From positions 523,714,001 to 523,778,000 of the forward strand of contig JBNRSN020000001.1 of NCBI GenBank assembly GCA_051313645.2: a stretch of 64,000 bases of DNA. Reading direction: 5' to 3'. The number at the start of each line of letters is the position of its first letter. Within the stretch, counting starts at the first letter, position 1. This DNA comes from Centroscyllium fabricii (lineage: Eukaryota). Shown piece by piece: positions 47,327 through 58,394 of this stretch. The notes beneath the pieces were generated by a model. It made no database searches. It was not told the DNA's origin and saw nothing but the letters and a program-made list of their open reading frames with translations. Position numbers and translations under genes: made by a program.

Positions 47327-50190
47327 TCAACAGTTCACAATGAGTCTCTCTGGCGGTCGTGTCTGCCTTGAGGACCGCCGGGGTTCTGGTAGTGGCGCTG
47401 GTGCCGGTTGTGGCGGCGGGGCCGGGTCCTCCGGCAGCTGTGCCTGCGGTGTGGCGTCTGGCTCTGGGTCCTCAGCTGGTAGTGTCGGGGGCCCCGGTGT
47501 GTGCGTGTGCCTAGGCCAGTATCCGGTGGGTTGTGGTTGGTGTGTAGGCCAGTGGTCAGTAGGCGGTGGCTGGTCGGGCTGAGGCTCGACCAGGGGCTCT
47601 GCTGTGGTGCTCCCGGCGGGCGCTAGGTCCCTGATGGAAACAGTGTCCTCGCGCCCGTCTGGGAACTGCACGTAGGCGTACTGCGGGTTGGCGTGCAGCA
47701 GCTGCACCTTTTCCACCAGGGGATCGGTCTTATGGCCGCGGACATGTTTCCTAAGTAAGACCGGCCCTGGCATCGTGAGCCACGGTGGGAGTGCTGTCCC
47801 CGAAGTCGACTTCCTGGGGAATGAAAACAATAAGTCGTGAGGTGTGGCGTTGGTAGCCGTACACAGCAGAGAGCGGATGGAGTGGAGCGCGTCTGGGAGG
47901 ACTGCCTACCAACGGGACACTGGAAGGCCTCTGGACTTCAGGGCCAGGCTGACCGCCTTCCAGATGATCCCGTTCTCCCTTTCTACCTGGCCGTTCCCCC
48001 GGGGGTTGTAACTGGTCGTTCTGCTCGAGCCAACCCCTTTCTGAAGCAGAAACTGACGCATTTCGTCGCTCATGAACAACGACCCCCGGTCGCTATGGAT
48101 GCAGCTGGGGAGACCGAAAATGGCGAACAGCGTGGTGAAGTGTTTGATCACCATTGCGCTCGTCATATCTGGGCAGGGGAAGGCAAAGGGGAAGCGGGAG
48201 AACTCGTCTACGACCGTGAGGAAGTACGAGTTGCGGTCGGTGGAGGGGAGTGGGCCTTTGAAGTCCACGCTTAGACGTTCAAAGGGGCGGGTGGCCTAAA
48301 TGAGATGTGCCATGTCTGGCCTGTAAAATTGGGGTTTGCACTTGGCGCAAACAGGGCACTCTCGGGTCATAGCCTTGATCTCCGTGATGGAGTAGGGGAG
48401 GCTACGAGATTTAACGAAATGGGCAAGTCTGGTGATAGCCGGGTGGCAGAGGCGATCGTGGAGTTCCTTCAGCCGGTCTAGCTGGGCACTGGCGCAAGTT
48501 CCCCTGGACAGTGCATCCGGGGGTTCGTTGAGTTTGCCTGGTCAGTAAAGAATGTCGTACTCGTAAGTCGAGAGCTCGATCTGCCACCGCAGGATCTTAT
48601 CATTCTTGATTTTACCCTTTTGTTTATTGTTAAACATAAACGCGACTGACCGTTGGTCGGTGAGCAGGGTAAAACGCTTACCGGCCAGGTAATGACGCCA
48701 GTAGCGCACGGCCTCCACGATGGCCTGGGCCTCCTTTTCCACTGCAGAGTGGCGAGTTTCGGGTCCCTGTAGGGTGTGGGAGAAAAACGCTATGGGCCTG
48801 CCTGCATGGTTCAGGGTGGCGGCAAGGGCAAAGTCCGAAGCGTCACTCTCCACCTGGAAAGGGATGGACTCATCAACGGCGTGCATGGTCGCCTTGATAA
48901 TATCTTCCTTAATCAGGGCGAACGCCTTTTGGGCTTCTACCGAGAGGGGAAGACGTCAGCCTTGAGGAGCGGTCTGGCCTTGTCCGCGAACTGGGGAACC
49001 CATTGCGCGTAATAGCAGAAAAATCCCAGACATCTCCTCAGGGCTTTGGGGTTGTGAGGTAAGGGCAGTTCCTGTAAGGGGCGCATACGCTGTGGGTCGG
49101 GGCCGAGGACCCCGTTTTCCTCCACGTATCCGAGGATGGCGCGCCGATCTGTACTAAAGACGCACTTGTTTTTATTTTACATGAGATCGAGCCGTTTCGC
49201 CGTGTGGAGGAATTTGGCCAGGTTGGCATCGTGGTCCTGCTGGTCATGGCCGCAGATGGTCACGTTGTCCAGGTAGGGGAAAGTGGCCTGCAACCCATTC
49301 TGGTCAACCATGCGGTCCATCTCCCTTTGGAATACCGACACTCTGTTGGTCATGCCGAAGGGGACCCGGAGGAAGTGGTAGAGCCGACCGTTCGCCTCGA
49401 AGGCGGTGTACGGGCGGTCGGCTTTCTGGATCGGGAGTTGGTGATACGCCGACTTAAGGTCGATTGTGGAGAAAACCTTATACTGGGCGATCTGGTTAAC
49501 CATGTCCGAGATGCGTGGAAGGGGGTAGGTGTCGAGCCCGCGGTATTGGTTAATGGTCTGGCTGTAGTCGATCACCATCCGCAGTTTCTCGCCAGTCTTA
49601 ACCACTACGACCTGGGCCCGCCAGGGGCTGGTGCTGGCTTCAATTATCCCCTCCTGCAGCATACGCACGACCTCCGACCTGATAAATGCCCGATCCCCCG
49701 CACTGTAACGCCGACTCTTGGTAGCAATAGGTTTGCAGTTGGGGTCGAGTTTGGCGAACAGCGAGGGGGGGTCGACTTTCAGGGTGGATAGGCTGCAAGT
49801 TGGGCCCCGCTTTAGGAAGGGATTTTCCCGGCTACTGACGGTGAGGGGGGCCAGGGTCCCGCCGAACTCCATTGTCACGCTCTGCAGGTGGCACTGGAAA
49901 TCCAGTCCCAGTAAGACTGGGGCGCACAACTGCTGGAGTGTGTACAGTTTAAAATTACGGTACACACAGTCCCTGACTGTGAGCGTGACGGAGCAGTAGC
50001 CGGTGACGTCCGCCGTGTGGGACTTTGAAGCAAGGGAGATTTGGTAGTGCGTGGGCAGGGTCTGCAGTCCGTAGCGCCGCACTGTGTCGGGGTGAATGAA
50101 GCTCTCTGTGCTTCTGGTGTCGAACAGGCAGTTGGTGATATGGCCGTTAACTTTAATCCCCATCATGGAATTTGATAGGGTGTGACGCCT
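47327..50190 (-). pseudogene. Gypsy-3 pol (protease, RT, RNase H, integrase), frameshifted and with stops
   Basis: LFDTRS (protease site variant), IDLKSAYHQ, YLDN, SDAS RNase H, HSDRG and NGQVER integrase. Confidence 0.88.
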
Positions 50191-50252
50191 AGCCTGGTCG
50201 ACCGTGGCTGAGGCCGAAGTGTGTGTGTGTGTGTGTGTGTGGGGGCCCTCCG

Positions 50253-51518
50253 CTAACTGGGGCCGTGCACAAGATGGCGGCGCCCGTGGTTCGCACGCAG
50301 CCGACCGCGGTGGACAAGATGGCGGCGCCGGGGGGTCGCACATGGCTGGCCGCTGAAGACAAGATGGCGGCGCCGGGGGGTCGCACATGGCTGGCCGCTG
50401 AAGACAAGATGGCGGCGCCATGATTCGCACACAGCGGGCCGCGGTGGACGCAGTGGCGGTGCCCATGGTTCGCACGTGGCGGTCCGCGGTGGCCGAGTTG
50501 GCGCCGCCCGTGATTCGCACGCAGTGGGCCGCACTGGGCGAGATGCCGGCGTTGGGGGGTCGCCTATGGCCGGCCGCGGCCATCTTTGGTGTGGCGGTGC
50601 CCGTGCCGTGTGCGCGGCCGGCCTCTGCCGTATCAGGGTGGGAGACGGGGGCGCTTGTAATCTACCCCCGGACCGCTGCTGGGTCGCGCTGCAACAGCAG
50701 CTTACCTGAGGCCATGGGATGGCTTTGGAGCTCTCGCAGGCCGCGCTGTTGTGTCTGGAGCTGGGCGCTGGGGCCGACTTGCAGGCCCTGGCGTAGTGTC
50801 CCTTTTTACTACATCTCTCACAGGTCGCGGTCCTCGCGGGGCATTTCGCTCGCGGATGCAGTCCCTGGCCGCAGAAGTAGCATTTTCTGTCCGCCGGCGT
50901 CTTCGCAGCTGCCGCTGCCATTGTGGGGGTCTCGACCTGTCGTGGGGCCGCCCAGGAATCGAGGGTGTCGTGTGGGCCTTGGCCGCTGTATGCCTCTAGC
51001 CTGCGGCGTGCTCCATCCACCGCGTTAGAGATGGAGATCGCCTCCTCCAGCGATAAAGTCTCTTTTTCCAGCAACCACTGGCGGGCCTGGCTGGACCTGA
51101 TCCCCATCACGTAGGCGTCTCGAACGAGAAGATTTGTTTCCTCCTGCGCCATTTGTGGCTGGCAGTCACAGGCCCGGGCGAGGGCTTGAAGCGCCAACAA
51201 ATACTGTTCATTAGACTCACCGAGCCGTTGTTGTCTGGTCGCCAGCACGTGTCTGGCATAGACCGAGTGGACCGGGCGCACGTAGCATGCCTTCAGTTTC
51301 TCCACGGCCTCTTCGTACGTTGTTGCGCCGCGGATGAAGGAGTACACCCGGCTGGTGATCCTGGACGAGAGAACGTGGAGTTTGTTCTCGTCGGTCATCG
51401 CCTTGGCGGCCGCCACGTAGGCCTCGACAAGGCTGAACCAATGTTTAAACGTATTGGCGCCGTCTGGTTCCTGTGGATTAATATCCAGCTTTTCGAGTTT
51501 CACAGCGCCGCTCTCCAT
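50253..51518 (-). pseudogene. Gypsy-3 gag (two CCHC-type knuckles)
   Basis: CYFCGQGLHPRAKC and CERCSKKGHYARAC; ATG 25 nt downstream of the 5' LTR; 3' end uncertain. Confidence 0.85.
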
Positions 51519-52139
51519 TTCAAAAATTTAAAGTGATTAAAATTGACGTATCGTCAATAAGACAAAGACGAGTAGTTACCTTAACTAGAGGCTTTTAATC
51601 ACTTTACAATGGAGCTAGTCTCCAGTCAAACATTGAGTACAGAATGAATGGGGGCAGGTCAGACCTCACCTATAAGGTGCTCACCTGAGGGGAGGAGTTA
51701 GAGGTGTGGCTGACCTGACCTCGCGACAGTGTCGTTATACAAAACTATATACAATGCACCCAGCCACTATACATGCTGGTCTGTATTGTGCTCAACTACA
51801 TACACTGGTAATCATGATTACCACACTCTCCCAGCTGTGAACAGCCTAACTCAGCTAAGAATGGGGAGTCGAACCTGAGACCTTGCTGGTCTGTATAGTT
51901 CATTAGCACAGTGGACAGCAGATTTACCGCCTGAGCCATCAGGGCACATCGTCTCACGATTATTTTTTTCTGAGGATATCACAAAACATGAGTGACTATC
52001 CGAGATCACCATCAGGCAAACCTTCGTCTGTCCAGTTCCAAACGGTTTCTATGCATTTCAAAGAGCTGTTTGTAAGTGCAGAACTGCTGCATTATAATAA
52101 AAACATGGAACCTCAGCTCACCTAACTGTTCAACTGGTT

Positions 52140-52692
52140 AAGAACATAAGAAATAGGAGCAGGAGTAGGCCAATCGGCCCCTCGAGCCCGCTCCGCCATT
52201 CAACAAGATCATGGCTGATCTGATCTTAACCTCAAATCTACTTTCACTCTCCATCCCGCCCCAGCCCATGCGATCTCCCGGGAGAGGCGAAAAACCAGAT
52301 AAAAACCCAGTGGCCAAATTGGGAGAAAATATCTGGGAAATTCCTCTCCGACCCATCTAGGCGATCGAAACTTGTCCAGGAGATCACATGGCCGATCTGA
52401 ACCAAGCCTCACGTCCACTTACTTGCCCGCTCACCGTAACCCCTAATTCCCTTTACTTCCAAGAAACTGTCTATCTCGGTTTTAAACTTATTCAAAGTTG
52501 TAGCTTCCACAGCTCTCTGAGGCAGCAAATTCCACAGACCCACCACCCTCTGAGTGAAGATGTTTCTCCTCATCTCAGTTTTGAAAGGGCAGCCCCTTAT
52601 TCTCAGATTATGCCCCCTAGTTCTAGTCTCACCCATCTGTGGAAACATCCTCACTGCATCCACCCGATCAAACCCCCTCACAATCTTATATT
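52140..52692 (-). mobile_element. CR1 3' fragment with an extra structured module in its 3'UTR
   Basis: ORF 52409-52681 is the CR1 C-terminus; tail at 52140; extra segment about 52224-52393. Confidence 0.88.
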
Positions 52693-52782
52693 AAGGTGGA
52701 GGAATAGTTAATCCGTACAATGGGAACAGGATGGCTCCAGGTTCATACCCAGTCTGTGCTGAGTTACCTGAGTTCAGCCAGG

Positions 52783-53157
52783 ACGACACGGTGGCGCAGT
52801 GGTTAGCACTGCTGCCTCGCAATAAGGAGCTCCTGGGTTCGAATCCTGCTTGGCCCGGGACCTCTCTGCATGGAGTTTGCATGTTCTCCCCGTGTTCGTG
52901 TGGGTTTCCTCTGGGTACTCCGGTTTCCTCCCACCACCCAAAGACATGCAGGTTAGGTGAATTGGAGATACTAAAAATTGCCCATGAGTATGTATGTGAG
53001 ATATAGTTCTTAGAGTTGGGGGTGTCGGGGGATATGGGGAGAGGGTAGGAGCGGGGTGCTGGGTTTGGATGATCAGCCATGATCTCATCAAAATGGCGGA
53101 GCAGGCTCGAAGGGCAGAATGGCCGACTCCTGCTCCTATCTTCTGTGTGTTTCTGTG
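52783..53157 (+). mobile_element. V-SINE, second subfamily
   Basis: Near-identical to the reverse complement of 10453-10812. Confidence 0.88.
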
Positions 53158-53454
53158 TGGTAGGAGGGACACTACGATTGGCTCCAGAACTCTTAGATTA
53201 TGGAAGGTAAATATTAGCCAGGGCGCCCCCTCTTGATTGTTGTCTGGTCCTCCATGTTTTAACTACACTTGTGTGGATGTTGCATGAGGACAGGATTGGG
53301 CTTTACTGTGATGTCCCGATTGGCTAAGTAACTCACTGGCACTTACTGTGGAGGTTCATACATGTACAATAGCCACTTGGGCAAGATACTCGAGAGCAAC
53401 TGGTGCCCGAAAACCATACCCTAGTGAGGACTCAATGCTTTCTGGGGAAAAAAA

Positions 53455-54586
53455 GAAAGACTTACATTTTTATAGCACCTTTCACGACCACCGGACGTCT
53501 CAAAGCGCTTTACAGCCAATGAAGTACTTTTTGAAGTGTAGTCGCTGTTGTAATGTGGGAAACGCAGCAGCCAATTTGCGCACAGCAAGCTCCCACAAAC
53601 AGCAATGTGATAATGACCAGATAATCTGTTTTTGTTATGTTGGTTGAGGGATAAACATAGAAACAAAGAAGATAGGAGCAGGAGTAGGCCATTCGGCTCT
53701 TCGAGCCTGCTCTGCCATTCAATGAGATCATAGCTGATCATCCAAACCCAGCACCCTTTCCCTGCCTTATCCCCATATCCCTATCGAGCCTGCACTGACA
53801 CATATCCCACCCCAGCCCCGTAACCCCACACATTCAATCCCCCCTAACACTAAGGGTCAATTTATCCTGGCCAATCAACCTAACCCGCACATCTTTGGAC
53901 TGTGGGAGAAAACCGGAGCACCCGGAGGAAACCCACGCAGACACGGGGAGAATGTGCAAACTCCACACAGATAGTACCCGAGGCCGGATTTGAACCCGGG
54001 TCTCTAGTGCTGTGAGGCAACAGTGCTAACCACTATGCCACTGTGCCGCCCTCATAAATATTGACCCAGGACACCGGGGATAACTCCCCTGCTCTTCTTC
54101 GAAATCGTGCCATGGGATCCTTTACGTCCACCTGAGAGAGCAGATGGGGCCTCGGTTTAATGTCTCTGATAGGCCATCAATAATCCAAGCGAGAGGTTTA
54201 CGGACTTAAAGGTAGGCTTTTAATAACTAAGAACTGTGGTGCATGTTTCCACACTGAGTTCTCCAGGTCGAATGGCTCAAACCGCTCTGGAGTCCTCCAT
54301 ATAACAAAAGACAAGGGCGAAGCCCGACATATAGAATAGACAAAGGTGGGCGGTACATACATTCCATACATTCCTAGCACAGGCAAGTCCAGGTGAAAAG
54401 CACAGTCTGATGAACATACATATTTCATCACAGTCTCATTTGAAAGACGGCACCTCCGACAGTGCAGCACTCCCTCAGCACTGCACTGGAAGTGTCAGCC
54501 TAGTTTTATGTGCTCAAGTCCCTGGAGTGGGGACTGTGAACCCACAACCTTCTGACTCAGAGGTGAGTGTGCCACCCGCTGAGCCA
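53455..54586 (-). mobile_element. Deu-domain SINE split by an HE1-like SINE (53654-54051) and a solo LTR (54167-54432)
   Basis: The Deu sequence resumes across both inserts. Confidence 0.82.
54167..54432 (-). mobile_element. Solo LTR, distant relative of the Gypsy-3 LTR
   Basis: TG...CA; TSD GTCTC (54162-54166, 54433-54437); shares TCAATAA and AGGCTTTTAAT.ACT with the Gypsy-3 LTR. Confidence 0.8.
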
Positions 54587-55452
54587 GGAGGAGAAGACAT
54601 TGGCACAAAAAGGAAGGGGAATTATTAAAACAAACAAAACTACTCAGGATTTCTAGTGTCCATGGAAGAGTATAGTCAATGGGTTAAACATTTAAGCGAT
54701 TGGTATTTATTATGTTTCTTCCCAGAATACCTTAATTTCTCAGAGTCCTGGAAGTGTGTTGTGCAATCTGCCATCCGTTTGACACATAGCAAACACGAGC
54801 ACACCCATCACTGAAAAGTGAAACGGAGACTTGTCCTTTCCCAAAGATGGCAATTTGACATTTTTGTTCCCTATTAATTCTGTAATTAAGTTGTTTTTAA
54901 GTCAATTATTTGGACAGAACAGCTTCCATTTCATGGTTCAAAAGGAACTGTAAACATGCTTTATTTCCACTGGTGTGTCTGGCATTTGCTATAAATGTCT
55001 AGGAATAGTTGAAAGATTGTTCGACATTCTGCAGAGCCTTGAAGTGTGCAGCGCTCTGGTCCCATCGCTCAGGAACAGACAATCCACACGTTCTAAGATA
55101 AAACCACTACAAATACAATACTTAGACATCTATCTTAATTAAGATTTCCCGACGTATTTTATTCTTCAAGTGCCGAGTTTCTTGAAACAAATGCTACAAA
55201 CATTGCATTTTGACAAATGCAAGTTCTTTTCTTGATACGAGTCTGCGCCGGTAATTACTCAAAGGAGATGGGAAGTTTGGGGGCTTTCTTTCTATGCGAA
55301 GTCATCCACCTTTTCACAGAAGAAAGTGATCTACATAATATCAGAATGGTCTTTGATGTTTTAGTAAAACTTCCCAGCCAGTGCTGTGGCTTTCCAGGGT
55401 ACTGCAGCCTCGCACAGCTTCCAAGCGAGTCTGAAATCATTCCGACTGATAC

Positions 55453-58300
55453 ACCCCATCCCCACCTCCCCCATTCACCCCATCCCCCCACCTCACCCCC
55501 CATTCACCCAATCCCCCCACCTCAACCCCCATTTACCCCATCCCCAACCTCCCCACCATTCACCCCATCCCCCCACCTCAACCCCCATTCACCCCATCCC
55601 CAACCTCCCCACCATTCACCCCACCATTCACCCCATCCCACACCTCCCCCAACCACCCCATCTCCCACCTCCTCCACCCACCCCACCCACCCACTACCCC
55701 CATTCACATCATCTCCCCCCTTCCCCCATTCACCCCGTCCCCCACCTCCCCATCCCCCGCCTCACCCACATTCACCCCAACGCCCACCCCCCCACCCAGC
55801 CCACCCCCCACCTCACCCCCACCCATCCCTACAACCCCCATTTACCCCAACCCCCACCTCCCCCCATTATCCCCATCCCCCAACTAACCCCCATGCATCC
55901 CACCCCCACCTCCCCCACTTTTCAGCTCATCACCCCACCTCCCCCCACCCACCACTCCTCCCTCCATTCACCCCATCCCCCACCCCCCATTCACCCCATC
56001 CCCCCACCTCCCCCCACCCACCCCATCACCCCAACTCTCCCATTCACCCCATCACCCACCTCCCCCATTCCCCCATCCCCCACCTCCCCCCATTGCCCCA
56101 TCGCCCCCACCCCCCCATTCACCCCATAACCCCCCTCCCATTCACCCCATCCCCCACCCCCCCATTAACCCCATCCCCCACCTCCCCATTCACCCCATCG
56201 CCCATCTCCCCCATTCACCCCACCCCCCACCTCCCCATCCCCCACCGCCCCCCATTCACCCCACCCCGCACCCCCCATACACCCCACCCCGCACCCCCCA
56301 TACACCCCATCCCCCCACCCACCTCATCCCCCACCTCCCCCCATTCACCCCATCCCCCTCCTCCCCCACATTCACCCCCCATCTCCCACTTCCCCATTCA
56401 CCTATCCCTCACCTCCCCCCACCCACCCCATCCCCCAACTCCCCCCATTCACCCCCCCCCCCGCCCCCATTCAATTCAATTCAATTCACTTCAAATTGCT
56501 TTATTGGCATGACAAGATACATCTTATGTTGCCAAAGCACAGAAAAAGGACATATACAATTGAACATACACATGCAGATCTAGACATACAGTGAATGGAT
56601 AACTATGCAAACACATACATATATACCCACATATAAATCTCATATACTCTTCTTAGCTTCAGTGGTCACTGGTTGTCCCTCTGCTTATGGCAAGCTGTGA
56701 CGTAGTTTGACGCTAATTTTATACAGTCCCTCTGTTCCCCCAATAGATATGGGAGTTTTTGGTGGACGTTCAAATTTTTGAATTCAGGGCATGTTTTTAC
56801 AAATTTTGGGTAGAAATTCCCCCTTATGTCCTGATAGTTTTCACAAGTTGTGAGGAAATGCAGCTCTGTCTCCACCACTCCCTGACTGCAGTGAGAGCAC
56901 AGCCTTTCCTCTCTGGGCAGCCAGGTCTGTCTGTGTCTGCCTTTTTCGCTGGCTAGGTTATGCTCACTAAATCTGTACATTGTCAGGGTTTTTCTCAGTT
57001 TGCTATCTTTCACCATGGTCAGGTAATCAGCCATGTTGTACAGTCTGTTTAGGGCCAAATAACAATCTAGTTTGTTTTGGGCTTTTGTCGTTTCTGTCAT
57101 TTCGATTTGGATTGACTTTTTAATGGCATAGAAAGCCCTTTTTGCTTTCTCTTTCAGTTCATTCACAGCCAAGTGAAAATTTCCCATGGAACTGATTTTT
57201 AAGCCTAAGTATGTGTAATTTGTAGTTTGTTCAATTTTAGTTGCTCCTAGTGTGAAGTTTGTTTTGGTTCCCTGATGTCTGGATCTTTGCTGGAACACAC
57301 GAACTTTAGTTTTTGGGGGGTTTATTGTCAAGGCCCAGTTCTGGCAGAACGACTCGAGCCGATCAAGGTTCTACTGTAGACCCTCTTCTGTTGGTGACAG
57401 CAGAACCAGGTCATCTGCATATTGGAGAAATGTAACCTTGGAGTCATATAGGGTGAGGCTAGGTGCTGTAGATTGTTCCAGTAGTTTTGCCAATTCATTT
57501 TTATAAATATTAAAAAGAGACAGTGATATAGACCCAATCTCTCCTCCCCCCATTTACCCCATCCCCGACCCCTCCCATTCACCCCATCCCCCACCTCCCC
57601 CCATTCACCCCATCCCCCACCTCCCCCCATTCACCCCATCCCCCAGCCCCCCATTCACCCCATCCCCCCATTCACCCCATCCCCCACCTCCCCCCATTCA
57701 CCCCATCCCCCACCTCCTCCCATTCACCCCATCCCCCACCTCCCCCCATTCACCCCATCCCCCACCTCCCCCCATTCACCACCTCCCCCCATTCACCCCA
57801 TCCCCCAGCCCCCCATTCACCCCATCCTCCAATTCACCCCATCCCCCACCTCCCCCATTCACCCCATCCCCCACCTCCCCCCATTCACCCCATCCCCATT
57901 TCCCCCATCCCCCAGCCCCCCATTCACCGCATCCCCCACCTCCCCCCATTCACCCCCTCCCCCTCCCCCATTCACCCCATCCCCCTCCCCCCATTCACCC
58001 ATCCCCCCATTCACCCATCCCCCCACCCCCCATTCACCCTCCCCCCATTCACCCTATCCCCCCTCCCCCCATTCACCCATCCCCCCATCCCCCCTCCCCC
58101 CATTCACCCTATCGCCCTCCTCCCATTCACCCCATCCCCCATATCCCCCCATTCCCCCCATCCAACCTCCCCCCATTCACCCATCCCCATTCACCCATCC
58201 CCCTCTTCACCCCTCCCCCATTCACCCATCCCCCATTCACCCCATCCCCCCATTCACCCCATCCCCTACCTCTATCCCCCCACCATCCCTCCGCCAGCCT
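55453..58300. repeat. C-rich minisatellite (CCCCATTCACCCCATCCCCCACCT-like), split by a LINE at 56468-57545
   Basis: Degenerate repeats of about 20-25 nt at 55453-56470 and 57541-58300. Confidence 0.93.
56468..57545 (-). mobile_element. RTEX-like LINE fragment with internal deletion
   Basis: QYADDLVLLS RT motif; C-terminal RLCSHC...ETELHFLTTC Zn-finger; AATAAA plus (TTGAA)n tail. Clade call is from memory of motifs. Confidence 0.7.
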
Positions 58301-58325
58301 ACACCATCCACTCTATTCTATATAA

Positions 58326-58394
58326 ATTGCAAGAAGTCACACAACACCAGGTTATAGTCCAACAGTTTTATTTTAAATCACAAGCTTTTGGACA
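58326..58394 (-). mobile_element. 69-bp Penelope family A terminal fragment
   Basis: 13-bp TSD CTATTCTATATAA (58313-58325, 58395-58407). Confidence 0.8.

Larger units (their letters stand above)
46946..51825 (-). mobile_element. Full-length Gypsy LTR retrotransposon 3 (no tRNA PBS; putative self-priming)
   Basis: 282-bp LTRs 46946-47227 and 51544-51825 (about 6 differences); 5-bp TSD CTCTC; PPT AAAGAAGGGGTGAA. Confidence 0.96.

Noticed and set aside
55217-56512. 431-aa Pro/His-rich (extensin-like) ORF
   Set aside because: Arises from a C-rich low-complexity repeat that lacks stop codons.
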